Assembly: GCA_015680685.1 (NCBI GenBank)
Contig: MNCI01000752.1
Location: 1-62,567 of the forward strand
Source: Gnetum montanum
Taxonomy: Eukaryota > Plantae > Gnetophyta
Length of the DNA: 62,567 nucleotides
Direction of reading: 5' to 3'
A program made the translations under genes and the position numbers. The notes under the pieces are model-generated. The model was not told where the DNA came from. It did no database searches and worked only from the letters and a program-made list of their open reading frames with translations. This document shows, in pieces, positions 1 through 12,608 of this stretch. The stretch's first letter is position 1. Each line of letters begins with the position of its first letter.

Positions 1-2159
1 CGAATTGTTCAACTTCCAAGGCTAAAATAAGCAATTTCTTCAAGCGCTTCTATGGCAAAATTTTAACAGAAATTTTCTATCGAGCAACAAGAACAATAAG
101 AGCAATCTAAGAATCCCAAAATTACTTGCCAAGGATGATACTATCTAAAACACTAGCTAAAAATTTTAAAAAAAATAAAAAATAAAAAACATAACTTACA
201 AGACTATGACAAAGAGGCTGAAATCTTTTCTTTAGCAAGTCATCTTACAAGTAATCCTTCACAATTTCTTCTTTACAAATGCTCTTCCAAGAGCCAAAGT
301 GTATCTCCAAGTGCTAGCTAGTAGCCTTCCAAAGTGTGATATTAATGTCTTCTCAAAAGTGTTATCCCCCTTTGTGATATATATTTCTTCTTATCCCTGA
401 AGCCTTTTTATAGGGTTCAAATGGTAGTTACATCCAAAATATCTTTGCTAACTTCTCTCCCAAGTAACTTGCCCAACAAGTTAGGAAGTTAGGAAGTTAG
501 GAGAAATATTGCAAATATTGCTTTTGTGAATAATGAAAATAAACCCAATAGCTCCATATAATTGTTTAAAATTATAGCTCCAATAGCTTTTCATTTTTAC
601 TTGATTAAAATTTTTAAATTTTTAATACTATTGAAGCCCTAGTAATTTTATGAACAAGGTGATGGTATAATATCTACCTTGTTGTAGACGTTGGTGGTAG
701 CTAATCTATGTAAATTTATATAAATAATTTATCTGCACTTGCACTCATGTAAAAGTGGCTGGAAAAAAAAATTTAAATCCAAAATATGAGGTCCGAATGT
801 GAAGGTGCCAGGCTTAGAACTACCAGCAAATATTTCCAAATTATCCTGCCCTGCCAAAAANTACCCTACCAAAAATTGTTATTAATGATGACCGCGGAAG
901 AAGGCTCTACCGCTGCATCCAGCATCGTTTCCGTGTGGTGTTCAGTTGCTGAAGAGTGGAGGAGAAGGATTTTTCTTGAAAAAACGATGTGCTAAACATA
1001 TGGTTTTGAACATAGGGTTTCAGTTGCCTATAATTTTTTTTGTTTTGCCCCAAATTCACTTAGGGCTTCCTGCATTTTTTTTCCAATCTTCTTCCAAATC
1101 ACCACCATTGTTATTGATTGCAGAGCCAGGGGCAAACGTATCGTGGATCTACATCCAGCAAAACCGTAGGAACCTTCATCATGCCGTTATAACCACCACA
1201 ACCTCCAGAACCATCGTAGCCTGCAAAACTGGAAATGCCACGACCTGCAAAACTAGAAATGAAACCAGGGTTTCAACAAAACATGACTCTTTTCTGTGTA
1301 TATTATGTGTGGATGAGGGTTTTGATTTTTTTTATCTCTTTGCTTTCATGGCAAAGAGGTTTTGTCCCCCAGGGACTTGGCCATGCCTGTGGTGATGGCG
1401 ATTTTCCTTGGTACGGTGGCTGCGCCATGATAAATGCCATGCGGCTACGCCATGATAAGCACCGCATGGTCGCACGATTTTACCATGCCTATTTCCCGCC
1501 TAGCTTTGTTCTATTTCCTTTCCTTACGTTTCTTTGGCCTTCCAGCAACGAAATAGCAGCTGCCATTGATGCAACGGCCAAATGTGGAAAATTTTTTCTT
1601 CACAGATGTTGTTGTTTCAGTTTTTCTCCTATTTTTTTTTGATACTTTGACATGCTTATATTTTTACATTAATTTCCTTACACTAGATGTATAAATGATA
1701 CATATGAAAATTGTACTTCCTTCATAATCTTACTAGACTTTGATTCCGTAAAGCCCGATTATGTATATATATTGCTGCCTTGTAAAATGCATTTCTCATA
1801 AATTCATAAGCTTACCATAGAATGGTTCTCCTATACATTTCTTCCTTAAATCAAAATAATGCCTTTGTTAACTTATTCTTTTTCTCTTAAGGCTGAAAAT
1901 TTAGCCACTTCTCCAAAAATTCTTAACCCATTAAGCCTACTTCATGAAATGGCCAAATGTGCCAACACTTTCATGCTAAGATTACTTAATCCTAGGCATC
2001 ACCCTACCCTAATCTAGGGCATAGTGTTAAAAAAACACATACAACTAAAATTCTTAGTGGTAACAAACAATGATTCCCCAACACCCTCTAGTGGGTTCTT
2101 AACTTGCATTATTGGAACAATGTGTTTCACCCAAGGTTTAGAGAATTTGAATGGATCAT

Positions 2160-3196
2160 GACTTACCCATTGTCCATTCTTCTTCACCATCAAAAACTTT
2201 ATAAACCTCCTTAGTTATGTCATAAAAAATACAAAATGCATATGACTTATCATCTCAAGGTTGTTATAGAGTTTTAGGATCTCCTCTCATAGCCCATACT
2301 ACAAGTGAGTAATCCAGTTGGATTAAGCATCCTCAGTGAGGACCTTCTTCATGGTCCATGCTTCTCCTTCTTCTATGAAAAAAAATGTGGGGAACTCCTA
2401 GGATCATAACAGTGGATACATCTCATTAACCGCTATAGCCCAACACTAGTCTAGAGGCAACCTAACATGACCACGACAAGTGTTTAGCCATTCTTCCACC
2501 TTCTCCCTATTATCCACCTCTTTCCCTATTTTGTGGAAAACCTTCATGTCCTTAGAAGGGATACCAAATAGGTCACTGAAGGTAGATTCATTAATAGCTA
2601 AAGTGAAAAAATCATCATGAACATGTGTTATGAATTTATGAACTCCTTCATCAAAGGAGTTCATGACATTCACCATATCAAGGGTAGGTACGGTTGGGCT
2701 AGGAGCCATAAATAAATCAACCAAACCTACATTGGCAATTCTCACCTAGATGCCCCTAGGTGCTTGGCTAGCGAACCAATGTTGCACTAAATCCACCTCA
2801 CCAAACTTGAGGATAAGTATCTTCCTCAGCATGTTCTAAAGTAATCACCACAACAATGGATGTTGGTGTAGCTCCNCGTTGACATTATATAAATAATAAA
2901 ATAAGTAAATAAAGATTCTTACTCTGCTTACTTGATGAAGGTAATGTGGGGACCTGAAGGGGTATATGTGCATGTTTACCTAAATTTGGGATACCCCACT
3001 AAGTATGAGTCATCTTGTTAGCTAAGCATCTGTGGTAGGCCTAAGAGTAGCGTGAGGTATACCTACCAAAGTCATTCTTGAGTTGCTCCATCACTATGAG
3101 CCTCACTACTTGGCTTTTGGCAAAGACCTCCAGTGCTATGTGGGCTAAGGTAAAATTTGATCACTCTTGATTAAACCTTGATCATCTACCCTATAC
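2160..3196 (-). pseudogene. Probable downstream exons of the same spliced unit (~3196-2922, ~2875-2250, ~2208-2167); TE-associated protein, weakly PMD-like
   Basis: Minus-strand splice signals: TTGTAG| at 3197, |GTAAGA at ~2921, |GTAAGT at ~2166. The ORF at 2446-2745 (FDEGVHKFITHVHDDFFTLAINESTFSDLFGIP) resembles the FD..hF..h.lti.e..f..lfGlP segment of plant mobile-domain and TE accessory proteins. The unit is interrupted by an N join at 2876. Confidence 0.4.
2306..2875 (-). repeat. 570-bp segment, near-identical inverted copy of 17063-17632
   Basis: The 99-aa ORFs at 2446-2745(-) and 17193-17492(+) differ at only a few residues. The copies end at N joins (2876 and 17633). Confidence 0.95.
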
Positions 3197-3287
3197 CTAC
3201 AAGCTTTTAATTCTAAACAAAAATTGTTATATCTAAGTTACCGAGTGAAATTAAAATATGAACCAAAAAACTTAAAGTTACACTTAC

Positions 3288-3770
3288 CCTTCTAAATGGT
3301 AGAAAGTGCTAGGAGGATTTTAAAATAAAGTATGGATTCAATGGCCTATCATTAACATATTGTTGGCATTGTACTAAATAAACTTAGGCATATCCCAAAT
3401 TTTGGATAACTTACATGTGCTTTTGATGTACATGCCATCGAATTTTTTACCTTCGTCATGGATGTTGGGATCGTCAACTATGAATTTGATGATTAAGCTA
3501 GTAAAATGGGGTAGTAGGGTCTTCATGATGATATTTGTGGTATTTGATGACAAGTGTGACCATATGATCACACTAAAGTTTTGAAGCAAAAAGGCTAAGA
3601 ACTCCTTGGCCCCTGGCCTAAACCAAAGGGAACCATAGTCCAAGACCATATTGAGAGGTGGAATGTTAGGTCCTAGTATGCAGATGTAGCACAACAGGCC
3701 AACTAGCTCAATCACCACTAGGATACGCTTCAAGAAGGCCCTACACAATCCAACAATGACCATTACAACC
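3288..3770 (-). pseudogene. Exon encoding a degenerate FCP1/SCP-like NIF (HAD-superfamily) phosphatase domain with the catalytic motifs lost
   Basis: Translation KRILVVIELVGLL...WFRPGAKEFLAFLLQNFSVIIWS...KLSKIWD..*YNANNMLMIGH*IHTLF*NPPST is colinear with the plant NIF/FCP1-homology pattern KKLLVLDLNGLL...KRPxxDxFLxFCFxxFxVxVWS...KxLxKLW...YxxSNTLLxDDSPYKALxNPPxT. Acceptor CAAG| at ~3771 and donor |GTAAGT at 3287. The three stops (TAG, TGA, TAA) are each one C>T change from Gln or Arg codons. Confidence 0.75.
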
Positions 3771-4164
3771 TTGTATGACCATTAAAAAAATTCAATAATT
3801 ATTAGAAAAAAATTATAGGCATTATGTCAATGTTTTCACATAAAATCAAACAACTAAACTCACAAATTTCAACCATTAAAAAAAAGCAAGATTTAACTAA
3901 AAATTAAGCAAAAACCAAATAGTCCATTAATACTAATGGTAGTCTCATAGTGGAAATACACATAAAAATTATAGAAATTTTATGCAAAGAAAAATTTGAA
4001 AGTATGAGAACTAGCCTATACCAAAATTTCATCCACAACAATAGTTATAAAATTCCAACTCAAATTTGATGAGATTTTGAGTATAAATCCTAGTTTATGA
4101 TGTAAGCGGATGCCCATACCTACTGTCTCTAGATGGAATGTCACACTTTTCCTTCCCTTGACAA

Positions 4165-6089
4165 CATGGAAGTTGAACATAAAGTTGCCTATAGAAATGC
4201 TATAAATACCAAGGAGTTATGTATTAAGGCTAACAATGCAACCAAAGCAAAGTTAAAGAGGCCTATGGTTGAGAAGATAACACTAGTTGTTGAGCAACCT
4301 TCGAAGAGGAGGCTTGTTGTTAGGCTTGACTAGGCATATCATGTGGTTGTAGGTATGTTTTTTTGGTGTTATTTTTGTTTACATTATTTTGCATTTATGT
4401 TTTAAGTTTTATGGTCATGTTGTTTTTTTTTTGTTTTATCCAAAATATGCTAACTTGTTTCATTTTTTGTTTTGGCTATTCTTGTAGGTAAACAATAAGA
4501 ATGAGCAGCCCAAGTAATAATAGCAGAGATAGAACAAAAATGCCTAGAGAAGGAGGCACTACAATGGCATGAGGATGAGGGGTTATCCAATGCCAAATTT
4601 TATGCCCTTGGTGCCATATTTGAAGGTTCACAATTAGCTAAACCTCCCTTTATTATCCTGGATGATCATCTAGGTACTTATGAATTTTGTTTTATATGTT
4701 GCATTTTGTAGTTTCAAGTTCAAACTTGGTTTAAATCATTATTTGATGGTTATGCTAATTGTAGTTCTTGAACCTTAATCAAATGCTCCAACCTCCACAT
4801 TTCACATGAAACCATGGGTGGATTTTCCTAACAAAATGGATTTTATGTATGGGATCATTGAAGACATGATTGATTGATTGTGAAAAATTGCTCGTAATGT
4901 TGGTAAGAACCTTAGCTTATTTTTTCTTTAATATTTTTTATTATTTATGTGCTTCATTTCATATGGGTTTTATGGTTATATGATCTTAGAGGTTTAAAGT
5001 GTTCTTGGTTATTTCATTATTCACTATTTTTTGTGTATATTTTGTTATATTTTTCACAATGTCCAATGTTGGATGAGATTCCAACCATGTCATTGAGGTT
5101 GATGAACAAACCAACCTACTGCCCAATGTGGAAAATGTTCCACAGAATTTATATGAGAGTGCCACTGAATGTGCACTCTCATATTCCATAACTTTATGGG
5201 AATGTCAATGCTCCAATGAGTTCCTATGGGACAGGGTGGTAGTATTGGAAAAAAAGACTAAGTGACATGTAGAGGAGATTAAAGACCTTAAGAAATGAAA
5301 AGAGTTTGTGGAAGACAAAATGGCTAACAAAGAATCCTTGCAAACTAAGGAGATAGAATGGTCAAGGTATTAGAATTTCATACATAGTAAGGTTGCTCTT
5401 GCTAGGAGCCTTGTGGAGCAAAAGTTACAGATGGACTTGTTGGCTCATAAAGTTACGAAGTAGAGGAACTATTGTGCTTGGATCCTTTAGTGGGGCTAGG
5501 CACAAAAAAACCATAAGAAAGACACAAGGCCAAATAGGAGAGTTACCTAAAGTGAATACAAGAGATGTCCATAGAGAGGCACAATTTATAGTTGTTCATG
5601 AAGAGAATCAATGTCAAATATTCCTTCAAGCTATTTAAAGACTCTTTCGTGGTAGTTGATTCCCCCAATCCTCAAGTCAATACTACTTCCAAGGAGATGA
5701 CCATTGCTATCTTTTTTCAGGAGTTGCATACATGGACTAACATTGAGGAGAGAAACATCTTGACTAGTATTAATCTTGGAGAAGTGGATTGGGCCAACAT
5801 GACTAAAGATAAGTTTCTCCATCATCTAGAAGTTGGTCTTTGAAAATTACCTATAGAAGATGTTGCACCCGAAACTTCCCATGTTTGCTTATTTTTAAGT
5901 AGTGTTTTAATAGATTTTAGTTTATTTTTTATTATTTTTGTTTTATTGTTATGTTTTGGGCTACATAGGTTACTAATTATTTTTTAATTTTTTATTTCAT
6001 TATTATAGGCTACAGGTGATGGCAATGACCCTAGTGGCCAAGGTGTTGGTGATGATCCTCCTCCTCCAATTGTGCCTTACACTAATTAG
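4165..6089 (+). pseudogene. Multi-exon pseudogene of unknown function with a charged, coiled-coil-like middle and a Pro/Gly/Asp-rich tail
   Basis: Coding-like blocks separated by T-rich introns with GT..AG ends: G|GTATG at ~4353 to CTTGTAG at 4488; GTACTT at ~4674 to TTGTAG at ~4763; GTAAGA at ~4902; GTTTG at ~5883 to TTATAG at 6008. The last exon reads ATGDGNDPSGQGVGDDPPPPIVPYTN*. Several stops and frameshifts. Confidence 0.45.
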
Positions 6090-7189
6090 TTTGATCATAT
6101 ATTTGGTTATTCTTATTGTTGTTGTTATGGTGTTATGGCTATTTCTAGTCATTGATTGTTACCAAACTATTTATTTTTATTTTAATGCTACATAGTGTAG
6201 CCATGGCTATTCAACTTTTGTTTTGTTTTATATGTTATTGTTGATTGAGCTCTTATCACACTATGTGACTATGGTTGCTAGTTATGGACATTATGTTTAT
6301 TATTATTTTTGTGTTTGCTTATAGGTTTCTAATATTCCTAGTTTTATGCAATTTATGTCTTCTACCTTTTATTCATGTTATGATCCTACATTGGTTTAAA
6401 ACACATAGTTATAAGGAAATAATTGTTAAAGTAAAATGTAAATTAACTTGGTAAATACAATTAAAGCTAAGGTATAACAGCTGTAACAGAGATAAAGTAG
6501 AAACAAGTCATAAAGGTATCACTAGTCTAAGGCCTTGGTAGGCCATGTGTGTTGCAAGTTTTAGGCCATGGTGGACCATAGTTTTGCTAGTTTTAAGCCT
6601 TAGCAAGCCATTGTAAAAAATTTTTATAAGTTTTATGTTTTAAAATTTTCATGGATTTTTTTAGTTTTAAAATTTTTTATGTGTTTTTCATGTTCTAGAA
6701 AAGGTGAGGCATAAAAAGGTAAACTGTAAATAAGAATAAATCATAGGCCATGTGTGAAATAAAGCTAAAACAAGAAAAAATAAAGTAATGCAAAAAAATG
6801 ATATGTGTAAACAAAGGTTAAACTAGGCTAAGAAAATAAAAAAAAAAGGCTAATGATTATTGACATAGGGGCAAGTGAGTAGAAAACACATGTCAATCAT
6901 GCAAGTATTTCCTAATCTTTGAAAGATTAGGAAATATGTATGGTCTCCATTGCATAATCTTATAATCCTCATTACCTTCGCTAACCATGTTGAAGGGTAG
7001 ACCTTCCCATGATGCATCCATGGTCTTGTTGTTATTAGTTTTGGCCTCTTCCACTCTATCAGGCTTCTTGACTTCATTTTCAATAGTAGTAGTTTCTTCC
7101 TAAAACTCCACTTCAAACCCTTGCTCTAGATTGATGCTGTTGAATACTATGGAAACTGCACTATTTTCATGAATAATTATTTCACCTTC

Positions 7190-7520
7190 TTCATAATGCA
7201 AGTTGATTTCTTAGTGGATGGATGAGGAAATAGCTCATAGTTGAGCTAACCAAGGCCTTCTTAGGATGAGATTGAAGCCTAGTGTCTCTTCAATCATCAA
7301 GCAGTTGGCTATTATGGAGAATTGTTCCCCCACTATGAAGTCCAAAGAAATCAAGCCTTTGACTATAACATGTGATCCATTAAAGGCTTTGAGAGTGAAA
7401 GTAAAGGTATGTCGCATGTGTTCTATTAGACCTAATCATTCAACAATCGTATAGGGTATAACATTGGTGGTTGCTCCATCATCAATGTACACCCTATGCA
7501 CCTTGTACTACCCAATCCTT
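7190..7520 (-). pseudogene. Retropepsin-type aspartic protease, degenerate
   Basis: VYIDDGATTN...LKAFNGSHVIVKG...FNLILRRPWLAQL. Confidence 0.8.
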
Positions 7521-10500
7521 ATTAATTTGAAGAGAGGAGCCTTTGTTGTCTTACCATCTTGGGGATTGATTTCTATCTTTCTATCACAAAAAACTAGTTC
7601 CATTGACTTCCTTTCCTACCTTGGTAAAGGTGGTAGCATCACCACATGGATGGACTCATCACTAGCAAGGATGTCCTCACTGACAAGAATTAAAGTCAAC
7701 ATTTCTACTAGGGCCTCACAGTGAGTACCAAAAGTCATTACCAAGTCATATAGGCTCAAAAAGGTGTTCTTTTGCTTCAAGGAATGTTTGAACTATTCCA
7801 TGACATTAATAAAGTCTTTGTCATTGGTTGTTTATTTCTTGTTCTTATTGATTTTAGCTTCCTCTATGCATCCCAAGATGCAAACTTCATGTTTTAGTTA
7901 TTGTGGTTTGGCCTCTTTCCCCTTCCCTTATGGCTTAGGATCCTCCCTTAATTAACTATTTGAAGTAGCCTAAGTATTAGAGCTCAAAGGGATGGATGAG
8001 ATAGGAGTGGGCTTCAATGGATCCACCTCTTTCCATGTGTTGGCCAACTTATTATTTTTGGTTTTAGGCTTTGATATAGACTTCTTGCATTGTTCACATA
8101 GTGATTTCTTGTTGTTATTGGGCTAAGAAGAAGTTATTATGTTAGCCACCATAGGAGGACATTCGTTGGTTATAGTTGCAAGTTTGGTTGTAATGAGAGG
8201 AGTCACTCTAATCACAAAGGATTCTTTAGGAGGTGTTGGTGATGGTATCCTTAAAAAAAAAGGGGTCCTTGAACTAGATGAAGTTGAAGGGCCCCTTTCA
8301 TTGTGAGGAGGTACCTAAATCATGAATGGCTCCTATGCAGGTCTTGAGTTATTGCTTATGTTCAATAAAACTATGGTGTATGGACTATTGTTGGCATTCA
8401 ATGAGCCTTTATAGACCTACATGGATTGGTTTTGCAACTTAACTAGATTATAGAGGCATCAAGCACTAGCTCTCCATTATCTATAATCTTTTGTAGGTCA
8501 TCCTTTAAGGCTAGGCAAAATTTGGTATCATGACCTAATAACTGATGATAATGGAAGAATTGGTTGAGTTTAAAGTACTTTAGTACAAGTGATTCATCCT
8601 TGGTTGCCAAAGTGGGATCCTTTGTGATCTCTCATAATCAATTATGCCTCTTGAGAGCATTCTCTATCATTTTTTGCAATGGATCTACCCACTCTTAAGC
8701 AACTCATCAAGGAGTTGAAACGATTTCATGGGTAACCTAGTGTACTTTGATCAATCTTTCCTCTCAAATTTAGGCATTGTTTTGCTTGATGTAGAGGCCC
8801 TAGATGTTAATAATTGGCTAGTTATGGTGTGGTTGGTTCATTTTAGATCCCTATGTGATTTTTTTGTCTTTGGCCATAGTGGCCACAACTACATGGTTTT
8901 GCCTCCCCTTCTTCTTATCATTTCATGTGAGTTGATTTTTGTACAACACATAGGTGGCATCATGACCAGCCTTAGTAGCATCCTCGATGTTCTTGGTCTT
9001 TGAGAAGAACTAAATAAGTGACCATGAATCTAGGCTTTAAGTTTTCATAACTCTTCTATAAGGTCTTACATCATTTGAAAGGCCTAATCTAAGCCTTGAG
9101 GCATTCCCACAAGTTGTGGAGTTTGTACATATGGTTGTGGTGTAAACTGGAAGGCTTGTGGCCTCATGATGGAATACGATAATGAAAGATGCTAAGTAAT
9201 CATTATCATAGAGGGACTAAACAATGATAAGAAGATTTTCACTAGTATTTGTGGGACAAAGGGGATGAATGGTATATGTAATCCTTGGGTCACTTGGGGT
9301 TCCATTGTGGGGCCTACTAGAATGAAGAATGGATGAGTGGTGATGAAAAACATAGGTGATGACCATGCAAACTAAGGCTACATGGAAAAGGACATGGAGG
9401 AGAAAATTAAGGCATGTTGGAGCACAAATTCTGCATGGTCGACCACTATGATAGGTGATAGCGAAAACCTAGTTGGATAAATAGGAGAAGAGGGTTGATG
9501 GACCTACCCTACAAAAGAGGTAGGAGAGGTTGAACTAGGTTTGGTGGCCAAGGGAGCCAACTATTAGAAAAGGATCCCAATAAAATAGTTAGGTTCAAGC
9601 TCAACCTTGAATTCATCATGCTCTTCATGATGACTCTTTGAGTTGGCCCCCTCACTTTTCTCATCCATCTCAATTAGTTAGGATAATATATGGGTATGGG
9701 TGTTGTTCAATGGTATATTCTTGTAGGGGGAAGGGATGCATTCCTTCTTATTTTGATGAATTAACTTATACTCATGTTTGATTCTGCTTTTGCATGTGGA
9801 ATGAGCAAGCCATCTTGGATTTTGATGTAAATGAAGTTATAGTATTATTTATTTATTATAGTAAATCTAGGCTTTGCCCCCTTTGTTTAAGTGATTACTT
9901 GCACTCAACCACAACTGGGTCTTTTGGGTCATACACCCTCACAGCATTCTGGTTGTGGGCCATCTTTTTCAAGTTAATGAAAAATTTTGTTAATTTACTA
10001 AAAGGAATTTATAAGGTACTTTAACTTAGTTTTGAACTTAAAATTCCAATAAGTGGAATTGCTCAACACGAAAATAGGTGTGGTTGTAAAAAAGGTTGGA
10101 ACTACAATTGCAAGTGTAGTGTAGGTTGTAGTGGTAGTGATATGCACTACACTTAACAAAGTATAGCAATTTTAATGTTGGTAGAAATAACTATGTTGGC
10201 TTTTCCAATAAGAAGTATGCTAGAGGATAGGCAACCAATGATTGCCTTTCCTAGCAAAAATATGTTGGGGATACATCCTCTTGGAAAAGTGCATTGATTT
10301 TGAAAAGGTAAATGTGAAATGTTGATTTTTAAAAAACTACATTGAGGTATTGGGGAGAACCATGTTGGCTTTCCCTACAAAATTCCATAGTAGAGAGTTG
10401 GGTAATTGAGGTAAAATTATGCTAGCCTTTGGAACACCTAAAGGAAGGTTTTGTAAAAAACCATGCTAGCTTTAGGAAGTCCAATAATTGTTGTGAAAAT

Positions 10501-10676
10501 TTTGGGAACACCCAAACCACCTATAATTGATATGTTGGTTATTAATTGTAGGAAAATGGGCAGCAACATTGGCTTTCTTGGCAAGTTTTTGAATGTGTAT
10601 TTCAAAGGTTTAAATTTGTTAAAGTTGGCTTTGAAAAGGAGTAGATTTAAATTAGGTGAAGAACCAAGGTAGAGGT

Positions 10677-10692
10677 CCTCCTTCTAGCATCA
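10677..10692 (-). promoter_or_regulatory. Primer-binding site, tRNA-Asn type
   Basis: TGATGCTAGAAGGAGG is two transitions from TGGCGCTAGAAGGAGG, the complement of the plant tRNA-Asn(GUU) 3' end CCUCCUUCUAGCG-CCA. Confidence 0.75.
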
Positions 10693-10697
10693 AAAAC

Positions 10698-12608
10698 TAT
10701 TGCACTAGAAAAATTCAATTGTTGGAAAATTGAAAGTTCACAATGGAAAATAGTTTGAACTTCGATTCCAAAGGCCTTTGAGAAAGAGAATCCAAGGCAC
10801 ACTAGATGATCTAGTCAATCACCTAAGGAATTAAGGAGTGTTAATAGTGTAAATAATTTAATGAAAATGTAGATCCAATCTAAGAAAATGCATAGAAATG
10901 AATTGTAAAATAAACTTTCACAACAAATGATCTGTAAAATTTATTGCAATAATGAACTATTCAAAGTATAAAGTTTAAAATGTGTACAAATTGTGTGACC
11001 AAATGTACAAGGAGTTGCACAAATGAAACTTGAAGCTTGTTGAAGCCAACAGGTTGTGTTCTACAATCAGCATCATGATCTAGGTACTTTCTAGCTTTGA
11101 TTGTCAAAACCCCTTACTAGTTCTTAGGTTGGATCTACAATGCTAGTTATGGATGTGGTGAATGATGTGTTAAAATTTTTGTTACTATGGAACAATTCTA
11201 AAAGTCTCCAGTGCTTATCCAATTGTTAGTTTTCTCCAAAAGTATCACCAATGTTGAAGGGTTAAAAATGGCAAACATTGCAATAGTTTTGAAACTTGTT
11301 CAATGTGTTTGAAATTTGTTTTTATAGGCCATACGATTGCTAATTTTGGGCTACAAATTTTTTCCATGATTGCTAATAGATTGGTGTAATTTGTAGGTGT
11401 AGCAAGCCACGAATTCCAAAATATTTCTCCAATTATGGTAATTTTTGATGCACCAAGGCCATCAAAACTATGTTAACTACTATAAATAGTAAACAAACTT
11501 TGAAAACTATGTTGAATTTACCAAAACTACATTGGCCTTGGAAAACTATGCTAGCTTCATGGGTTCCTCATTGGCTTCATGGAATCCTCACTGGCCTTGC
11601 TACAACCATGTTGGCCTTCCTAGAAAAATGAAATCCCAATAATTCCAATGCTAGGTGTATGTGGTTCCAACGTAGTTTTGGTTATGGCCACCATTAAACC
11701 CATGAAAAACCCAAATTTGATAGTTTCCAAGGCATTTTTAGCCTTCCCAATCCAAAATATAAACATGACATAAACTTTTCCACATAAGAAGTGAGGCTAC
11801 AACAACTTATGAATCATTTTTCAGCCCTAAAAAGTTCAATTATGTGAGATTGCAACTCATGGACTACAAAGCTTGCATTTACAATAAAGTTTTAGCCTCA
11901 AGTTTAATGGTGAAGGTTACAATATGAAAAGGTTGCAACATGAATTCTCTTAATCATGTTTTGGGTAGGACATCATCCTAAAGTACTTCCTTAACAAAAC
12001 TAATTTATGTAATATTTCATTTTAATTAAAAATAAACTTTGAATTCTAGTTTAAGGATAAAAATTGATAAGGGATATGGTCTGGGTAGGATTATGATCCA
12101 AAATTGCTCCATGAACAAAGGATTATATAATCACATGTGCATAATAAGAATAAAATATGCATAACTAAAAATGCATAATAAAAAATAATTATGACCAACT
12201 AAATGTTTATAATAGAAATTAAATATACATAATTGAATGTGCATAAAGAATAAAATATGCATTGCCAAATACTTTTAAAGGCATGATAATTAACAAAAAG
12301 AAAACTTCAAAGGGTAATTAGATTTCAAAATTTAATCATAAAATATTTAGATCTATGACTGAGCTTAAATAGTAGTAAAACAAAGGATACAAAACTTTAA
12401 CAGAATCTCCTAGTAAGCAAATTATATTTACTAATGTAAGAAACTAACAACAACAACAAAAATAATAATAATAACAATAATAATATAATCCTATGACTTA
12501 ACCAAAAAAATTAAAGGTAATCTATTAAAACACATATGATAGTATTAAAGAATTATCACATGCATTAAATCAAATAATTAAACCTATGAAAATTTTTAGG
12601 TTGTGACA
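10698..12608 (-). repeat. 5' LTR (~1.9 kb) of the Tat-like gag-protease element
   Basis: Bounded by TGTCACA on the minus strand, where it interrupts an Athila integrase at 12609, and by the PBS at 10692. Confidence 0.7.

Larger units (their letters stand above)
6480..12608 (-). mobile_element. Tat/Ogre-like non-autonomous LTR element (gag remnant + aspartic protease, no pol core); 3' end not located
   Basis: The 5' LTR starts TGTCACAACC at 12608(-). PBS TGATGCTAGAAGGAGG at 10692-10677. Protease at ~7520-7190 (VYIDDGATTN...FNLILRRPWLAQL). The internal region is colinear with 48900-51250 of the element at 44921. Confidence 0.8.

Noticed and set aside
478-502. (AAGTTAGG)x3, resembling a TTAGG telomere repeat
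   Set aside because: The unit is 8 bp, there are only three copies, and it is not a known plant telomere motif.
1-640. Possible minus-strand LTR fragment (CCTATAAAAAGG at ~414-403)
   Set aside because: No terminus, PBS/PPT or second copy in the window to support it.
786-1642. Overlapping ORFs of 69-149 aa
   Set aside because: No recognisable domain; they overlap in different frames and are Phe-rich from T-runs.
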